DNA of 64,000 nucleotides, taken from Squalus acanthias. Its lineage: Eukaryota. The stretch covers positions 4,960,001-5,024,000 of the forward strand of contig CM059432.1 of assembly GCA_030390025.1 (NCBI GenBank), written 5' to 3'. The position numbers and the translations under genes were made by a program. The notes under the pieces were generated by a model. That model saw only the letters and a program-made list of their open reading frames with translations, was not told the DNA's origin and did no database searches. Below, piece by piece: positions 1-13,411 of the stretch (positions are counted from its first letter, which is position 1; each line of letters starts with the position of its first letter).

Positions 1-239
1 GGATAAAGCTGGGAAAAGGGGGAGGGGATGAAAGAACAAAAGAAGGAGAGATTAAGAGATATTGAGAGACATTAAGAGATGATCAAGGCAAGAGGAGGTG
101 TTAATGTGACAGGTTGAGGCTAAATGAAGTGTGAAATGCACTGGCAGAATGAAGGACAGCTGCCAGCTTCAGGGAGGGAAAAAAAAGGGGGGGCCCAAAC
201 AAAAGCGTGGATGAAAAAATAAAATATAAATGTGATAGG

Positions 240-435
240 GGCCGAGGTTATGATCTAAAATTGTTGAACTCGATGTTGAGTCCAGAGGGCTTTAGGGTGC
301 CTAAACGAAAGATGAGGTGCTGTTCCTCGAGCTTACGCTGAGCTTCCGTGGAACAGTGTAATAGGCTGAGGACGGTGAGGTCAGAGTGGGAGTGGAGCGG
401 AGAATTAAAGTGACAGGCCACCGGGAGCTCGGGAG
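240..435 (-). mobile_element. Penelope-like GIY-YIG C-terminal fragment (second family)
   Basis: Reverse complement of 44217-44410. Its pLTR probably extends to the left edge of the window. Confidence 0.8.
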
Positions 436-929
436 TATTTTGCTATCATGTGAATTAGAAAGACAGGTTAAGGCTTCAAGCAAGACCCTTCATCAGCTCT
501 GACGAAGAGTCATCTCAAAACATTAGCATTTCACAGAAGTGAAGTGAACTTATTTCAACTGAGGAACAAGTAAAATGGGCATGTCTTCGTTCTATAAAAT
601 ACAGGGATAACATTAGAAACAAGTTATTTAACTTAAACTGTGAACACACACAGCTAGAAGGTACATGTACATAATTAACCAGTCCCAACTAAGATGTTCT
701 GTTGCATGAGCTGTTTTAATTAATTTGATGGGTCATGGAGATATTTCTGAGAGCTTCCAACTTCTTGGAAATTTGGTTAATGGCCTCTTTCAAAGAAACT
801 AAATTATTGATTATAATCTATAACATTGCAAACTTGACATGGTCTGTTGAAAATGGACATGATGGCTCATTTTTTTCCCCTCATTCCACACAGTTGTTTA
901 TTGATTTGACCAGCAGCTAGTGACCAAAG

Positions 930-1261
930 AAAAGAAAGATCTTACATAGCGCCTTCCACAACCTCAGGACGTCCCAAAGCGCTTTACAGCCAATGACATA
1001 CTTTTGAAGTGTAGTCACTGTTGTAATGTAGGCAAACGTGGCAGCCAATTTACACAGAGCAAGGCCCCACGAGTGAGATAATGACCAGATAATCTGTTTC
1101 AGCGATGTCGGTTGAGGGATAAATGCTGGCCAGGACACCAGGGATAACTCCCCGCTATTCTTTGAAATAGTGCCACGAGATCTTTCTCATCAACCCAAGA
1201 GGGCAGACGGGGCCTCGGTTTAATGTCTCATCCAAAAGATGGCATCCCTGACAGTGCAGCA
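930..1261 (-). mobile_element. DeuSINE (SacSINE1-like), 3' part; the 5' part continues at 16423-16530
   Basis: Deu-domain-like core and L2-type tail. Split by the LTR element. Confidence 0.85.
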
Positions 1262-1378
1262 TGTTGGGCTGCTTTCTGGTGCTTTTTCGTTTTGTTTCGT
1301 TTCGTTGCTTTAAATGTCAGATTACACACACACTCAGTTGTAGTAATGCAGGATCAGGTCTTTATTGAAACCTCATTA

Positions 1379-1710
1379 CAGGAAACTTTCGTTTATCCGG
1401 CACCGACGGGACCGGCGTGGTGCCGGTTGATCGAAAGTGCCGGATTACAGAGAGGTATACTTACCAAGGTACGAGAGCCCCGTACACGGCCACAGGCTGA
1501 ACAATTGGGACCCGGAGAGGGAAGGTAAACGAGACTCCGGCTTTTTCCTCCGTGGCGGCGACAGGTCAGAGTCGGAAGAACGTTGACCCCCCTTTCGTGG
1601 GGGCGAAAGGTCAGAATCGGGGTCTTGTCTGGATAATAAAACTTACCTGATTTTTGCCGGTTAAGCGAGAATTCCGGATATTAGGGTGCCGGATAAACGA
1701 AAGTTTCCTG
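1379..1710. mobile_element. Tc1/mariner-pogo-type MITE
   Basis: 26-bp perfect TIR CAGGAAACTTTCGTTTATCCGGCACC with a TA TSD. The empty site is visible in the other LTR (~15390). Confidence 0.9.
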
Positions 1711-2129
1711 TACTACACAAACCAGTATGAGCTGCTGAGACACACACTTTCCATGATTCCAGTGTGAGCTAGTTGTTTTTGAGACATACACGAGCCAATT
1801 CCAGTGTGTGCTACTAAACAGTGTTCCCTTACATTTCTTATACTAATTTTCCCCTTTGATCACTACATTCCATGCATACTATTAATAAATCATGGTACAT
1901 CAAAGGTACATACAAATGTCACAGAATAATATAAACTAAACAACCAGGCTCTCCGGTCTTTTAATTGTTTTATTGCCACAATAAAACCTCACTCCCTAAA
2001 CAGAGTTATCAAGTTGACACATTCAGATATGGCTGAAGGACTCTTACACATCCTACTATTATCTTTCCCCTGAAGACATCTTTTCCCCAAAATCCTCTTA
2101 GCCAATTTACAACCCGCGCTCAGCAGCAA

Positions 2130-4357
2130 GCTGTGAAGAGACGCTCGTTCACTCGACCAGGAAACACCAAGACTGGTTCAACGACAACAACCAGGAAATC
2201 CAGGAGCTAATAAGCCGCAAGCGCAAGGCATTCCTGATCTGGAAACAGCAACAGAGCTCGAGAGCAAGAAAGCAGCTGTACAGACGCCTGAAGGCCAAGG
2301 TCCAACAAAAAACTCGCGACCTAAAGAACAGATGGTGGGTGGAGAAAGCGCAGGAGATCCAGCAGCTAGCCGACAGCCACGATGTGCGTGGATTCTTTAG
2401 CGCAGTCAAGACCATCTACAGCCCAAGCACACAAGGCCCTACCCCACTGCGGGCCAAGAACAGAGAGGTACTCATCAAGGACAGAGAGGCAGTCAGTGCC
2501 CGCTGGAAGAAGCACTTTGAAGATCTCCTTAACCGCAACTCTGTCTTCGACGCGAGTGTCCTCAACTCCATCCCGCAGCATGCTACCCGCCACCATCTCA
2601 GCACAACCCCAGCCCAGCATGAGGTTGAAAAGGCCATCTGACAACTGAAGAACAACAAGGCCTCAGGAGCAGATGGAATCCCTGCCGAGGCACTAAAGCA
2701 TGGCAGAGAAGCACTACTGGCGCGAATTCATGAACTCATTTCTCTTATATGGAAGAGGAGAGCATGCCAGGAGATCTCAGAGATGCCGTAATTGTGACCA
2801 TCTTCAAGAAAGGTGGCAAGTCCGATTGCGGTAATTACAGAGGAGTTTCCCTGCTGTCTGCCACAGGGAAAGTCATCGCAAGAATCCTCCTCAATCGCCT
2901 TCTCCCAGTGGCCTGAAGAGCTCCTCCCAGAGTCGCAATGCGGATTCTGCCCACTAAGGGGCACAATGGACATGATCTTCACCGCGCGTCAATTACAAGA
3001 GAAATGCAGGGAACAGCACCAACTGCTGTACATGGCCTTCTTTGATCTCACAAAGGCCTCCGACTATGTCAACCGTGAGGGATTATGGAGTGTCCTCCGC
3101 AAATTCAGCTGCCCTCAAAAGTTTGTCACCATCCTCCGCCAGCTTCACGATGACATGCAAGCCGTGATCCTGACCAACGGTTCCACCACAGACCCAATTC
3201 ACGTACGAACCGGGGTCAAGCAAGGCTGTGTCATCGCACCAACGCTCTTCTCGATCTTCCTTGCTGCAATGCTCCATCTCACCCTCAGTAAGCTGCCCGC
3301 CGGAATGGAGCTAATTTACAGAACAAACGGGAAACTGTTCAACCTCCGTCACCTCCAGTCCAGATCCAAGGTCGTCCCATCACAGTATGCAGCCGACGCT
3401 TGCGTCTGCGCTCACTCGGAGGTCGAACTCCAAACCATCGTCAACACCTTCACCGAAGCGTACGAGAGCATGGGCCTTACACTAAACATCCGTAAGACAA
3501 AGGTCCTCTACCAACCTGCCCCCGCCACACAGTACTGCCCCCCGATTATCAAAATCCACGACAAGGCCTTGGACAACGTGAATCACTTTCCATACCTCGG
3601 GAACCTACTGTCAACAAGGGCAGACGTCGACGACGAAGTCCAACACCGCCTTCAATGTACCAGTGCAGCCTTCGGTCGCCTGAGGAAGAGTGTGTTTGAA
3701 GACCAGGACCTCAAACCTGGCACTAAGCTCATGGTCTACAGAGCAGCAGTGGACCATGTACAGCAGGCACCTCAAAGCACTGGAGAGGTACCACCAACGC
3801 TGCCTCCGCAAGATCCTGCAAATCCATTGGCAGGATAGGCGCACCAGCGTCAGTGTTCTCGCTCAGGCCAACATCCCCAGCATCGAAGCTTTCACCACGC
3901 TCGATCAGCTCCGATGGATGGGTCACATTGTCCGCATGCCCGATACGAGACTCTCAAAACAAGCGCTCTACTCGTAGCTCCGGCACGGCAAGAGAGCCCC
4001 AGGTGGGCAGAGGAAACGCTTCAAGGACACCCTCAAAGCCTCCTTGAAAAAGTGTAACATCCCCACCGACACCTGGGAATCCCTGGCCCAAGACCGCACA
4101 AAGTGGAGGAGAAGCATCCGGGAAGGCGCCGGACACCTCGAGTCTCTTCGCCAGGAGCAAGCGGAAGCCAAGCGCAGGCAGCGCAAGGAGTGCACTGTCA
4201 ACCCAAGCACCCCACCCACCCGTCCCTTCAACCACCGTCTGCCCCACCTGTGACAGAGACTGTAGGTCCCGCATTGGACTCATCAGTCACCTGCAAACTC
4301 ATTTTTAATGTGGAAGCAAGTCATCCTCGGTTCCGAGGGACTGCCTAAGAGAAGAAG
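2130..4357 (+). mobile_element. 5'-truncated RTE-clade LINE (RT pseudogene)
   Basis: ELLPESQCGF, FFDLTKA, GVKQGCVIAPTLF, YAAD, QLRWMGHIVRMPDTR and C-terminal zinc-finger-like remnants. Ends in a short GAA repeat. Absent from the other LTR. Confidence 0.9.
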
Positions 4358-4978
4358 TTTGAACTTTTAACCCAGCATGTGCTGGTCTCACAGACTGTGC
4401 TGAAAGAATAGCGAGGTATTCGGGTAATACGGGCTTTCACTCCCACATTCCCACCCGATTCCCCTCTCTGTCCTTTCTGCCCGGCATCATCTGTGTAATG
4501 CTACAATGTACTGTAATATCAAGTAATCATCGACTTAAAAGATTTCTCCAGCTCTCCTTACCATTATCCATCTTAAGGATATTCTTGCTAAGTATCATTT
4601 CCCCACTAGCTTTCAGTTATCCCAATTTCATTACTAACTCAAAGGAATTCAACCTGAATTTTAAAAATGCAAATTCTATATCCCACCTTACTTTTAATTT
4701 CAGTTCCTCTGATCGGTATGTAGCACCAGCTTTCTGGCCATTTTTATGAATCATACTTTATATCCAAAACCCCAAGAAAGAACTGTACTGTTGGGCAAGC
4801 TTGTGGGAGTGGCTTAGGGAATAGGATTGCAAGCCAGGCCAACCTGACTAAGGTGCATTCATATGCACATGACAGGCTGGGTGGAAGGGAACCCAGGCCG
4901 ATTGACGTCATCTAACATGATTACTGGGAACAATACCCCGAGAGGTAATTCAGAGACACGGTGCCCTCTCATCAATAA

Positions 4979-5215
4979 TGTGGAGATGCCGGCGTTGGAC
5001 TGGGGTGGACAAAAATGAGAAGTCGCACAACACCAGGTTATAGTCCAACAGATTTATTTAATTTTACAAGCTTTCGAAGCAGTTCGCTCCTTCGTCAGGT
5101 AAGTTAGCAATGAGAGAATCTCCCAGAATTCACAATTTAAACCCAGACCAAATCTATTCACATTATTCCCTACAACAAAGAGCACAGCCAAGACAATGAG
5201 ATGTGTCCCAGGGGG
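4979..5215 (-). mobile_element. Penelope-like pLTR fragment with hammerhead motif
   Basis: 12-bp TSD TCTCATCAATAA (4967-4978/5216-5227). Homologous to the 3' ends at ~13100-13399 and ~48830-49067. Confidence 0.85.
5064..5102 (-). ncRNA. Minimal hammerhead motif (family A)
   Basis: Minus strand TTAC-CTGACGA-A-GGAGC gaact GCTTC-GAA-AGCT-T-GTAA. Confidence 0.75.
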
Positions 5216-6938
5216 TCTCATCAATAAAGCACAGTCCCAACCGAAACTGGTGGAAGGCAGGAGATGGCCAGCCCATTGTCTTCCAGGGGATAAGCCAGTT
5301 AAGCAAGTTCGGTTTGAGACTGAAACCTGCTAATGGGGCCATCAACTCAGGAAATGACATACATCCAGTAATCAGCACTCATTGTCTCTCCAGGTGCCAG
5401 GCCTGGGAGCGGGGAAACGGAATATCATTTTTCACAAAGATTTCAAAGGTCATGAGCCACTCCAGGCCACAGGGGGGTCCAGACAGATCACCTGAGTCAA
5501 TACATCGATCAGTATTGGCGGGAGAAAAAGGTGATGGGTTTTGGGTATATAAGGAGCCATTCGGGGGCTGCTCTCTCTCTCTCTCTCTCTCTCTGTTCTC
5601 CTCGGCATCAATCTACAGCGAGTCTCCCAAGTGAGGCTCGGCTCGACGGAACACCGCCAGAAGCTGATCGCTGCTCTTCATCCCTCATCAACGGACCGCG
5701 ACTCAAACTGGAACTTGGATACCGTGTCGGCGGTACGGAACCAGGAGCGAGACGTACAGGAAGAAGCTGCAAGCAAGACAACGGGCAATCGGGGGTGAGC
5801 ATATTGCCTGCGCCTACACATCCACAAGACCACTTAGCTGTATGAGGGGGTGATTGTAAGTCCCAACCAAACCTTAGAGGGGTTTAGTGCTGGGGTCCCG
5901 TGTTAGTTCATTTCACCGTTGGGGGGGGGGGGGGGGGGGGGGGGTTCTTTTATTAGACCGTGGTAATTTAGCACAGTATGGCTTGTTGGACAAGCCAGGG
6001 TTGTATTGCTTTGTACTGTTACGAGTGTTATTGTTAATCCTATTAAACACAATACGGTTGAGCTCAAACGGGTGTCCGAGTCGGATCTGTCCATAGAATC
6101 CCTATCGTCCAGAACTTGTAGTAAGAGGTGTGTTTTCGGCGCGCCTGAGAAAACCACTTACAGGTACCAGTATGTTTAACTCTATATTGTTTAATTAAAA
6201 GTCAGTTTCGCTAGAGTATGTTATCAGTGCCTTTAAAAATTGTCTCACTCTCCTGAGCTACATTAACCATTTCATGTCGTGCTGTTTGTCAAATAACTGA
6301 GCATGTCTGAGGCCCGTTCTTCAGTGCATCTTCACCATGCATTTCCGCATGTAGTTGCCTCATGCGCAATACATCGCATTTTCACACACGGTATCCCAGT
6401 ATCATTCCACACTTGACATCAGTTACAAGCCATTCCTGGGATTTTAAGTTATCTCATCAAAAGATCGGAGGTCTTCTTCTCATCGCTCCCTGCATGGTCC
6501 CAGTGTCTCATGTAGTGGCCAGGCTATCATATACATTTTCCTCATTGTTCAGTATAGGTAAATATACAAACATCTCCAAGAGAAACCTAGAGTCATAACG
6601 GCACAGAAGGAGGCCATTCGGCCCATCGAGTCTGTGCCGGCTCACTGTAGAGCAATCCAGTCAGTCCCATTCCCCCGCTCTATCACCGTAGCCCTGCAAG
6701 TTTATTTCCCTCAAGTGCCTATCCAGTCTCTCCCAAAAACATTGAGTGTCTCCGCTTCCACCACTTCCGTCGGCAGCGAGTTCCAGGTCCTCACCACTCG
6801 CTGCGTAAAAAAGTTTTTCCTCACATCCCCCCTGTACCTCTTGCCCAAAACCTTAAATCTGTGTCCCCTAGTCCTTGTACCATCAACTAGTGGGAACAGC
6901 CTTTCCCCGTCAAGCCTATCCAAACCCATCATAATCTT

Positions 6939-7141
6939 GAGAAGTCGCACAACACCAGGTTATAGTCCAACAGTTTCATTTGAAATCACAAGCTTTCGGA
7001 GCTGCTGCCCCTTCGTCACCTGACGAAGGAGCAGCGCTCCGAAAGCTTGTGATTTCAAATAAAACTGTTGGACTATAACCTGGTGTTGTGCGACTTCGCA
7101 CTTTTGTCCACCCCAGTCCAACACCGGCATCTCCGCATCAT
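6939..7141. mobile_element. Palindromic non-autonomous Penelope-derived mini-element
   Basis: ~80-bp arms are inverted about position 7019. TSD CATCATAATCTT (6927-6938/7142-7153). Confidence 0.88.
7016..7052 (+). ncRNA. Minimal type I hammerhead ribozyme motif (family A)
   Basis: TCAC-CTGACGA-A-GGAGC agc GCTCC-GAA-AGCT-T-GTGA. Confidence 0.8.
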
Positions 7142-8035
7142 CATCATAATCTTATACACCTCTATCAAATCACCCCTCAACCTCCTTTGCTCTAATGAAA
7201 ACAAATCCAGTTTCTCCAACCTGTCCATTAATTAGCTTCTCAATTAATGATTCTCACCTACACTTTCCTGACTTTCAATAGAATGTACCTAGATAACAAA
7301 TTGAAAATTCTTTCATGAATCATGCCCATGTGTTTTATGTTACTCAGGGATGCACTCACCCATCTTTTGCTCACCCCTGTTTGAGTTCCTGAAATTTACC
7401 CATAATCACCTAGTAAAATTATTTTTTTTAAATTCCCCAATATATTACCATCGCATCTCATTCAGGAGCCCTGGAGAAACTTTAATGTCCAATACAATAT
7501 GATCATTACCACTTAACCTCTTCCCAAATCAATCCAAATTATAGAGCAAATTCAGTCTGCAAGATGAGGGATGTTCGTTATTTTTAACACAACAGCCTCC
7601 CCCCAAAAAAACTTTTTTCTGAATACACAGTTTAAACAGAAGCACATAGACTGGACCTTTTCAAAAATGAAATTTGATTATCCCCTTAAATTTCAGATAA
7701 GTTTCCCTTCCCGAGTGCTTGAGCAGCAACAAGTTAGCTAATCAATTTTAATTTCTCAAACAAATTATGTCCAGGCTTGTAATTTAACAAAAGAAAACAA
7801 AAGTATTTGCAATTGCATTTGCATGCAAGTCCTTTATCTTCCCTCTCGAACAATCTGTCTTGGAAGATAACACGACTCCAAATAGTTAATTCCAAGCATT
7901 AAAAAAGCAAAGTCCATTTTTGTCACCATACTGGGATATTAGAGATCCATCGATGTCTGCAGATAAGAACTTCAATTTTGAACATTACTGGAGCACTTTT
8001 CCAGCAAAGCTCAAGCTCCCTAACACTTTGAAGTC

Positions 8036-11000
8036 ATTCTATATCAAAGGGCAGGGAGCAATCTAGAGTAAAAATGTTTAATGGAAGGCCAATTTCAGCG
8101 GGATGAGAACGGATCTGGCCCGGGTAAACTGGAATCAAAGACTGGCAGGCAAAACTGTAATGGAACAGTGGGCTGCCTTTAAAGAGAAAATAGTTCAGGT
8201 ACATTCCCACTAGGGGGAAAAGACAGGTCAACTAAACTCAGGGCTCCCTGGATGACAAAAGAGATAGAGAATATGATGAAGCAGAAAAAGAGCGCGTATG
8301 ACAGATGCCAGGTTGTAAATACATCGGAGAATCATATATATATATAGAAAGGTCAGAGGAGAAGTGAAAAAGAGGGACAAAGAGAGGGTATGAGAATAGA
8401 ATGGCAACCAACATAAAAGGTAATCCAAAAGTCTTCTACAGGCATATAAATAGTAAAAGGCTGGTAAGAGGAGGGGTGGGGCCGATTAGGGACCAAAAAG
8501 GAGACCTATGCATGGAGGCAGAGGGTATGGCTGAGGTACTAAACGATTATTTTGCATCTGTCTTCACCAAGGAAGAAGATGCTGCCATAGACATAGTGAA
8601 GGAGGAGGTAGTGGCGATACTTGATAGGATAAAAATTGATAAAGAGGAGGTATTAGAAAGGATGGCTGTACTTAAAGTAGATAAGTCACCAGGAGCAGGT
8701 GGGATGCATCCTAGGATGCTGAAGGAATTGAGGGAGAAAATCACAGAGGTACTGGCCATAATATTCCAATCCTCCTTAGATACAGGGGTGGTGCCAGGGG
8801 ACTGGAGAATTGCAAATGTTACACCATTGTTCAAAAAAGGGTGTAAAGATAAACCCAGCAACTACAGGCCAGCCAGTTTGACCTCGGTGGTGGGGAAGCT
8901 TTTAGAAACAGTAATCAGGAACAAAATCAACAGTTACTTGGATAGGGGTGGATTAATTAAGGAAAGCCAGCACTGATTTGTTAAAGGCAAATTGTGTTTA
9001 ACTAACTTGAATGCGAGTTCTTTGATGAGGTAACAGAGTGGGTTGATGAGGGTAATGCAGTTGACGTAGTTTACATGGATTTCCAAAAGGCGTTCGACAA
9101 AGTGCCACATAATAAGCTTGCCAGCAAAGTTGAAGCCCATGGAATAAAGGACAGTGGCAGCAAGGATACGGAATTGGCTAAGTGATAGGAAACAGAGAGT
9201 AGTGGTAAACGGTTGATTTTCGGACTGGAGGAACATATACACAGTGGTGTTCCCCATGAGTCGGTTCTAGGACCACTGCTTTTCTTGATATATATTAATG
9301 ACTTGGACGTGGGTGTACAGGGCACTATTTCAAAATTTGCAGATGACACAAAACTTGGAAGATAGTGAACAGTGAGGAGGAGAGTGGTAGACTTCAGGAA
9401 GACAAAGACAGGCTGGTGAAATGGGCGGACACGTGGCAGATGAAATTTAACGCAGAAAAGTGTGAAGTGATACATTTTGGTAGAAATAATGAGGAGAGGA
9501 CATATAAACTAAATAGTACAATCCTGAAGGGGGTGCACGAACAGAGAGACCTGATGTGTGCACAAATCGTTGAAGCTGGCAGGGCAGGTTGAGAAAGCAG
9601 TTAAAAAGGCTTACGGGATCCTGGGCTTCATGAATAGAGGTATAGTGTGGAAATTATGACGAACCTGTATAAAACACTGGTTCGGCCCCAACTCTGTCCA
9701 ATTCTGGGCACCGCTCTTTAGGAAGGATGTGACGGCCTTAGAGAGGGTGCAGAAAAGATTTACGAGAATGATTCCAGGAATGAGGGACTTCAGTTACGTT
9801 GACAGACTGGAGAAGCTGGGGCTGTTCTTCCTTGGAGCAGAGAAGATTGAGAGGAGATCTGATAGAAGTGTTCAAAATCGTGAGGGGTCTGGACAGAGTA
9901 GATAGAGGGAAACTGTTCCCATTGGCAGAAGGGTCGAGAACCAGAGGGGACAGATTTAAGGTGATTGGCAAAAGAACCAAAGGCGACGTAAGAAAACACT
10001 TTTTTACGCAGCGAGTGGTTAGGATCTGGAATGCACTGCCTGAAAGGGTGGTGGAGGCAGATTCTATCACAGCTTTCAAAAGGGAGTTAATCATAGAAAT
10101 TTACAGCACGGAAGGAAGCCATTCGGCCCATCTTGTCTGTGCCGGCCGACAAAGAGCTATCCAGCCTAATCCCACTTCCCAGCTCTTGGTCCATAGCCCT
10201 GTAGGTTACTGCACTTCAAGTGCATATCCAAGTACTTTTTAAATGTGATGAGGGTTTCCGTCTCCCACCCTTTCAGGCAGTGAGTTCCAGACCCCCACAA
10301 CCCTCTGGGTAAAAAAATTTCTCCTCAACTCCCCTCTAATCCTTCTACCAATTACTTTGAATCTGTGCCCCCTGGTTATTGACCTCTCTGCTAAGGGAAA
10401 TAGGTCCTTCCTATCCACTCTATCTAGGCCTCTCATAATTTTATACACCTCAATCAGGTCTCCCCTCAGCCTCCTCTGTTTCAAGGAAAACAACCCCAGC
10501 TTATCCAATCTTTCCTCATAGCTAAAATTCCCCAGCCCAGGCAACATCCTCGTAAATCTCCTCTGCACCCTCTCTAGTGCAATCACATCCTTCCAGTATT
10601 CTAGCTGCGGTCTAACTAGTGTTTTATACAGTTCAAGCATAACCTCCCGGCTCTTATATTCTATGCCTCGGCTAATAAAGGCAAGTATCCCGTATGCCTT
10701 CTTAACCACCTTATCTACCTGTCCTGCTACCTTCCAGGATCTGTGGACATGCACTCCAAGGTCCCTCTGATCCTCTGCACTTCTCGGTATCCTACCATTT
10801 ATTGTGTATTCCCTTGCCTTGTTAGCCCTCCCCAAATGCATTACCTCACACTTCTCCGGATTGAATTCCATTTGCCACGGTTCTGCCCACCTGACCAGTC
10901 CATTGATATCTTCCTGCAGTCTAAAGCTTTCTTCTTCATTATCAACCACACGGCCAATTTTTGTATCATCTGCAAACTTCTTAATCATACTTCCTACATT

Positions 11001-11164
11001 CAAGTCCAAATCAGAGATGGATAAATATATGAAGGAAAGAAATTTGTAGAGCTACGGGGAAAGGGCGGGGGAGTGGGACTAGTTGAAGTGCTCTTGCAGA
11101 GAGCCGGCACGGGCTCGATGGGCTGAATGGCCTCCTTCCGTGCTGTAACCATTCTATGATTCTA
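8036..11164 (+). mobile_element. CR1 LINE (ORF2 pseudogene), interrupted by an antisense CR1
   Basis: [34 protein letters not shown]. 3' tail ATTCTATGATTCTA at ~11151-11164. Confidence 0.9.
10091..11010 (-). mobile_element. CR1 LINE 3' fragment
   Basis: 256-aa ORF with KFADDTKIG, LVRPQLEY and FFTQRVVGVWNSLP. Confidence 0.9.
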
Positions 11165-12209
11165 ACCACTCTTGGTAATCTTGCACCAACTCATCTGGCC
11201 TCCCTGCTTAAAAGAAAAAACAGAAAATCCATTGTGGCTTTCCTGCCAGCCCAATGGGTTAATTTGTCAATTCCTGATTCCCTCCCGTCACTGTGGGGAA
11301 ACATCCACTCAAATTAAAAACTTTAAAATTTAACAATGCCCAAAATGTTTATAAAGCAGCTTGTGGAATTAAAAACAGAGTTCACAGCTGCTTGTGAAAA
11401 GAGTTAACTCCTTTTTTTGCATTTCAAAAGACAAGCACAAACATCATCAATCAATGTCAGCTTGTGTCACACAGCTTCTGGCAGCTTTCAAATTTAAAAA
11501 ACTTTTGCCAAATAAAAAAACCTGTTACTTTTGCAAAGTCTTTGTGCCTTTAAAATTTGCAAAGATCCTGATCAATTCAATTCAGCAGGTAAAAACATCA
11601 GACATCATTAGTAACACTTTGTGAAACAACTCCCCACACAACAATAGCATTTCCCTTCTTTCCCCCTGGTCACACATACTTGAAATTTAATTTTTTTTTT
11701 TTAAAATGCCAATTGTTGATGTGATTGCCTCATGTCCAGAACGAGAGGCTTTCACACAATTTACACCAAGCAGAATTTCACCGTGGTCACAATAAAAGTC
11801 TGGTTTTAATAGGTTAATAGATCAATTTCTGATGTTTGATTGAATTCCATTCTGAACTGATTCAAAATCTTAAACTCACAGTCTGTGTCCTCAATCAAGC
11901 CTGTTACTTCCTACACAGTTCTTATCACTTTCCTCTGGTGTATGGGAGGAGTGTAATGACACAGAGTAAACGGTGACGGGAACGCTGAAGATTCAGTCGA
12001 GAGTCCCAATCCTTTTCTCAGTTCATCCTTCAGAACTGCCTCTCTCAACATTTTCAACATTCTAACTTCCATTCCATATCCCTTTAGATAATGTTTACAA
12101 CTCCCATATTTTAGCTTTTCACTGAACATCTCAATCAGTTCTGAGACAGCCCATTCCTACAGAAACTAAGTGCTTCTGGGCAAGCTTCTCCCACTGCTTT
12201 CATCTCTAA

Positions 12210-13399
12210 AGGAGGAACGCGATGGACACCTACGGACGCTGAAAAACGCCCTCGTAAGAACGGGATATGACGCTCGACTCATCGATCGACAGTTCCGACG
12301 GGCCACAGCGAAAAATCGCATAGACCTCCTCAGAAGGCAAACACGGGACACAACCAACAGGGTACCCTACGTCGTCCAGTACTTCCCCGGAGCGGAGAAA
12401 CTACGCCATGTTCTTCGCAGCCTCCAACATGTCATCGATGACGACGAACACCTCGCTAAGGCCATCCCCACGCCTCCACTACTTGCCTTCAAACAGCCGC
12501 CTAACCTCAGAAGTACCATCGTTCGCAGCAAATTACCCAGCTTTCAGGATAACAGCGACCACGACACCACACAACCCTGCCACGGCAACCTCTGCAAGAC
12601 ATGCCAGATCATCAACACAGATACCATCATCACACGTGAGGACACTACCCACCAGGTACATGGTACATACTCATGTGACTCGGCCAACGTTGTCTACCTC
12701 ATACGTTGCAGGAAAGAATGCACCGCGGCATGGTACATCGGCAAGACCATGCAGACACTGAGACAACGTATGAACGGACACCGCGCAACAATCACCAGGC
12801 AGGAGTGTTCCCTCCCAGTCGGGGAACACTTCAGCAGTCAAGGACATTCAGCCTCGGATCTGCGGGTAAGCGTTCTCCAAGGCGGCCTTAGAAACACAAG
12901 ACAACGCAAAATCATCGAGCAGAAACTGATAGCCAAGTTCCGCACTCATGAGGACGGCCTCAACCGGGACCTTGGGTTTATGTCACGATACATAACGTGA
13001 TCCAGACTCGAGACGTCGTTGGCTTGTTCACAGATGTGATTCCCAGTAAAAAAGTAAAAATTTTAAAGTTTATCGTTTCCCATACCGACTGCGGCTTTTG
13101 ACACATTGGACCCCCTGTGGCTCCACCTCATTGTCTCAGTTGTATCTTGCTATGTCTTTGATGTGGTACCTTCCTGGCTGACCTGATTGCCTTTTGTCAC
13201 ACCTCGGCAGATAAACAGTCAGGATGATTTAAATGTAGTCGTCTGCCATTGTAAGTTACACATGCATTGTTCTCTATCTATATATACTTTGTCGACTCTG
13301 TATTTCTTTACTTCACCTGAGGAAGGGGTGTAAGCTCCGAAAGCTTGTGATTTCAAATAAAACTGTTGGACTATAACCTGGTGTTGTGCGACTTCTCAT
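12210..13399 (+). mobile_element. Penelope-like element, 5'-truncated (linker, Zn-finger-like motif, GIY-YIG endonuclease, pLTR)
   Basis: PCHGNLCKTC, VVYLIRC..WYIGKT..LRQRMNGH and GLNRD. TSD TTTCATCTCTAA (12198-12209/13400-13411). Confidence 0.92.
13313..13350 (+). ncRNA. Minimal hammerhead motif (family A)
   Basis: TCAC-CTGAGGA-A-GGGGT gtaa GCTCC-GAA-AGCT-T-GTGA. Confidence 0.75.
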
Positions 13400-13411
13400 T
13401 TTCATCTCTAA

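Larger units (their letters stand above)
1262..4447 (-). repeat. 3' LTR (interrupted by a MITE and an RTE LINE)
   Basis: Colinear with 15280-16422 once the insertions are removed. A purine-rich PPT (minus strand CAGAGAGGGGAATCGGGTGGGAA) is adjacent at ~4448-4470. Confidence 0.9.
4789..6162 (+). mobile_element. Probable solo LTR nested in the large LTR element
   Basis: TG...CA ends; flanks TGTAC/GGTAC (4/5 match); TATA-like TATATAA at ~5546; (CT)n; poly-G; ATTAAA at ~6042. Confidence 0.6.
6590..7228 (-). mobile_element. CR1 LINE 3' fragment (interrupted at 6939-7141)
   Basis: RTRGHRFKV...[16 protein letters not shown]1 C-terminal motif. Closely similar to 20953-21240 and 22428-22560. Confidence 0.85.

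Noticed and set aside
5203..5845. 143-aa and 104-aa ORFs
   Set aside because: They lie inside a probable solo LTR and have no protein motifs.
12170..13000. Domesticated GIY-YIG nuclease gene
   Set aside because: It lies within a TSD-bounded, 5'-truncated Penelope copy, and the ORF start comes from flanking sequence.
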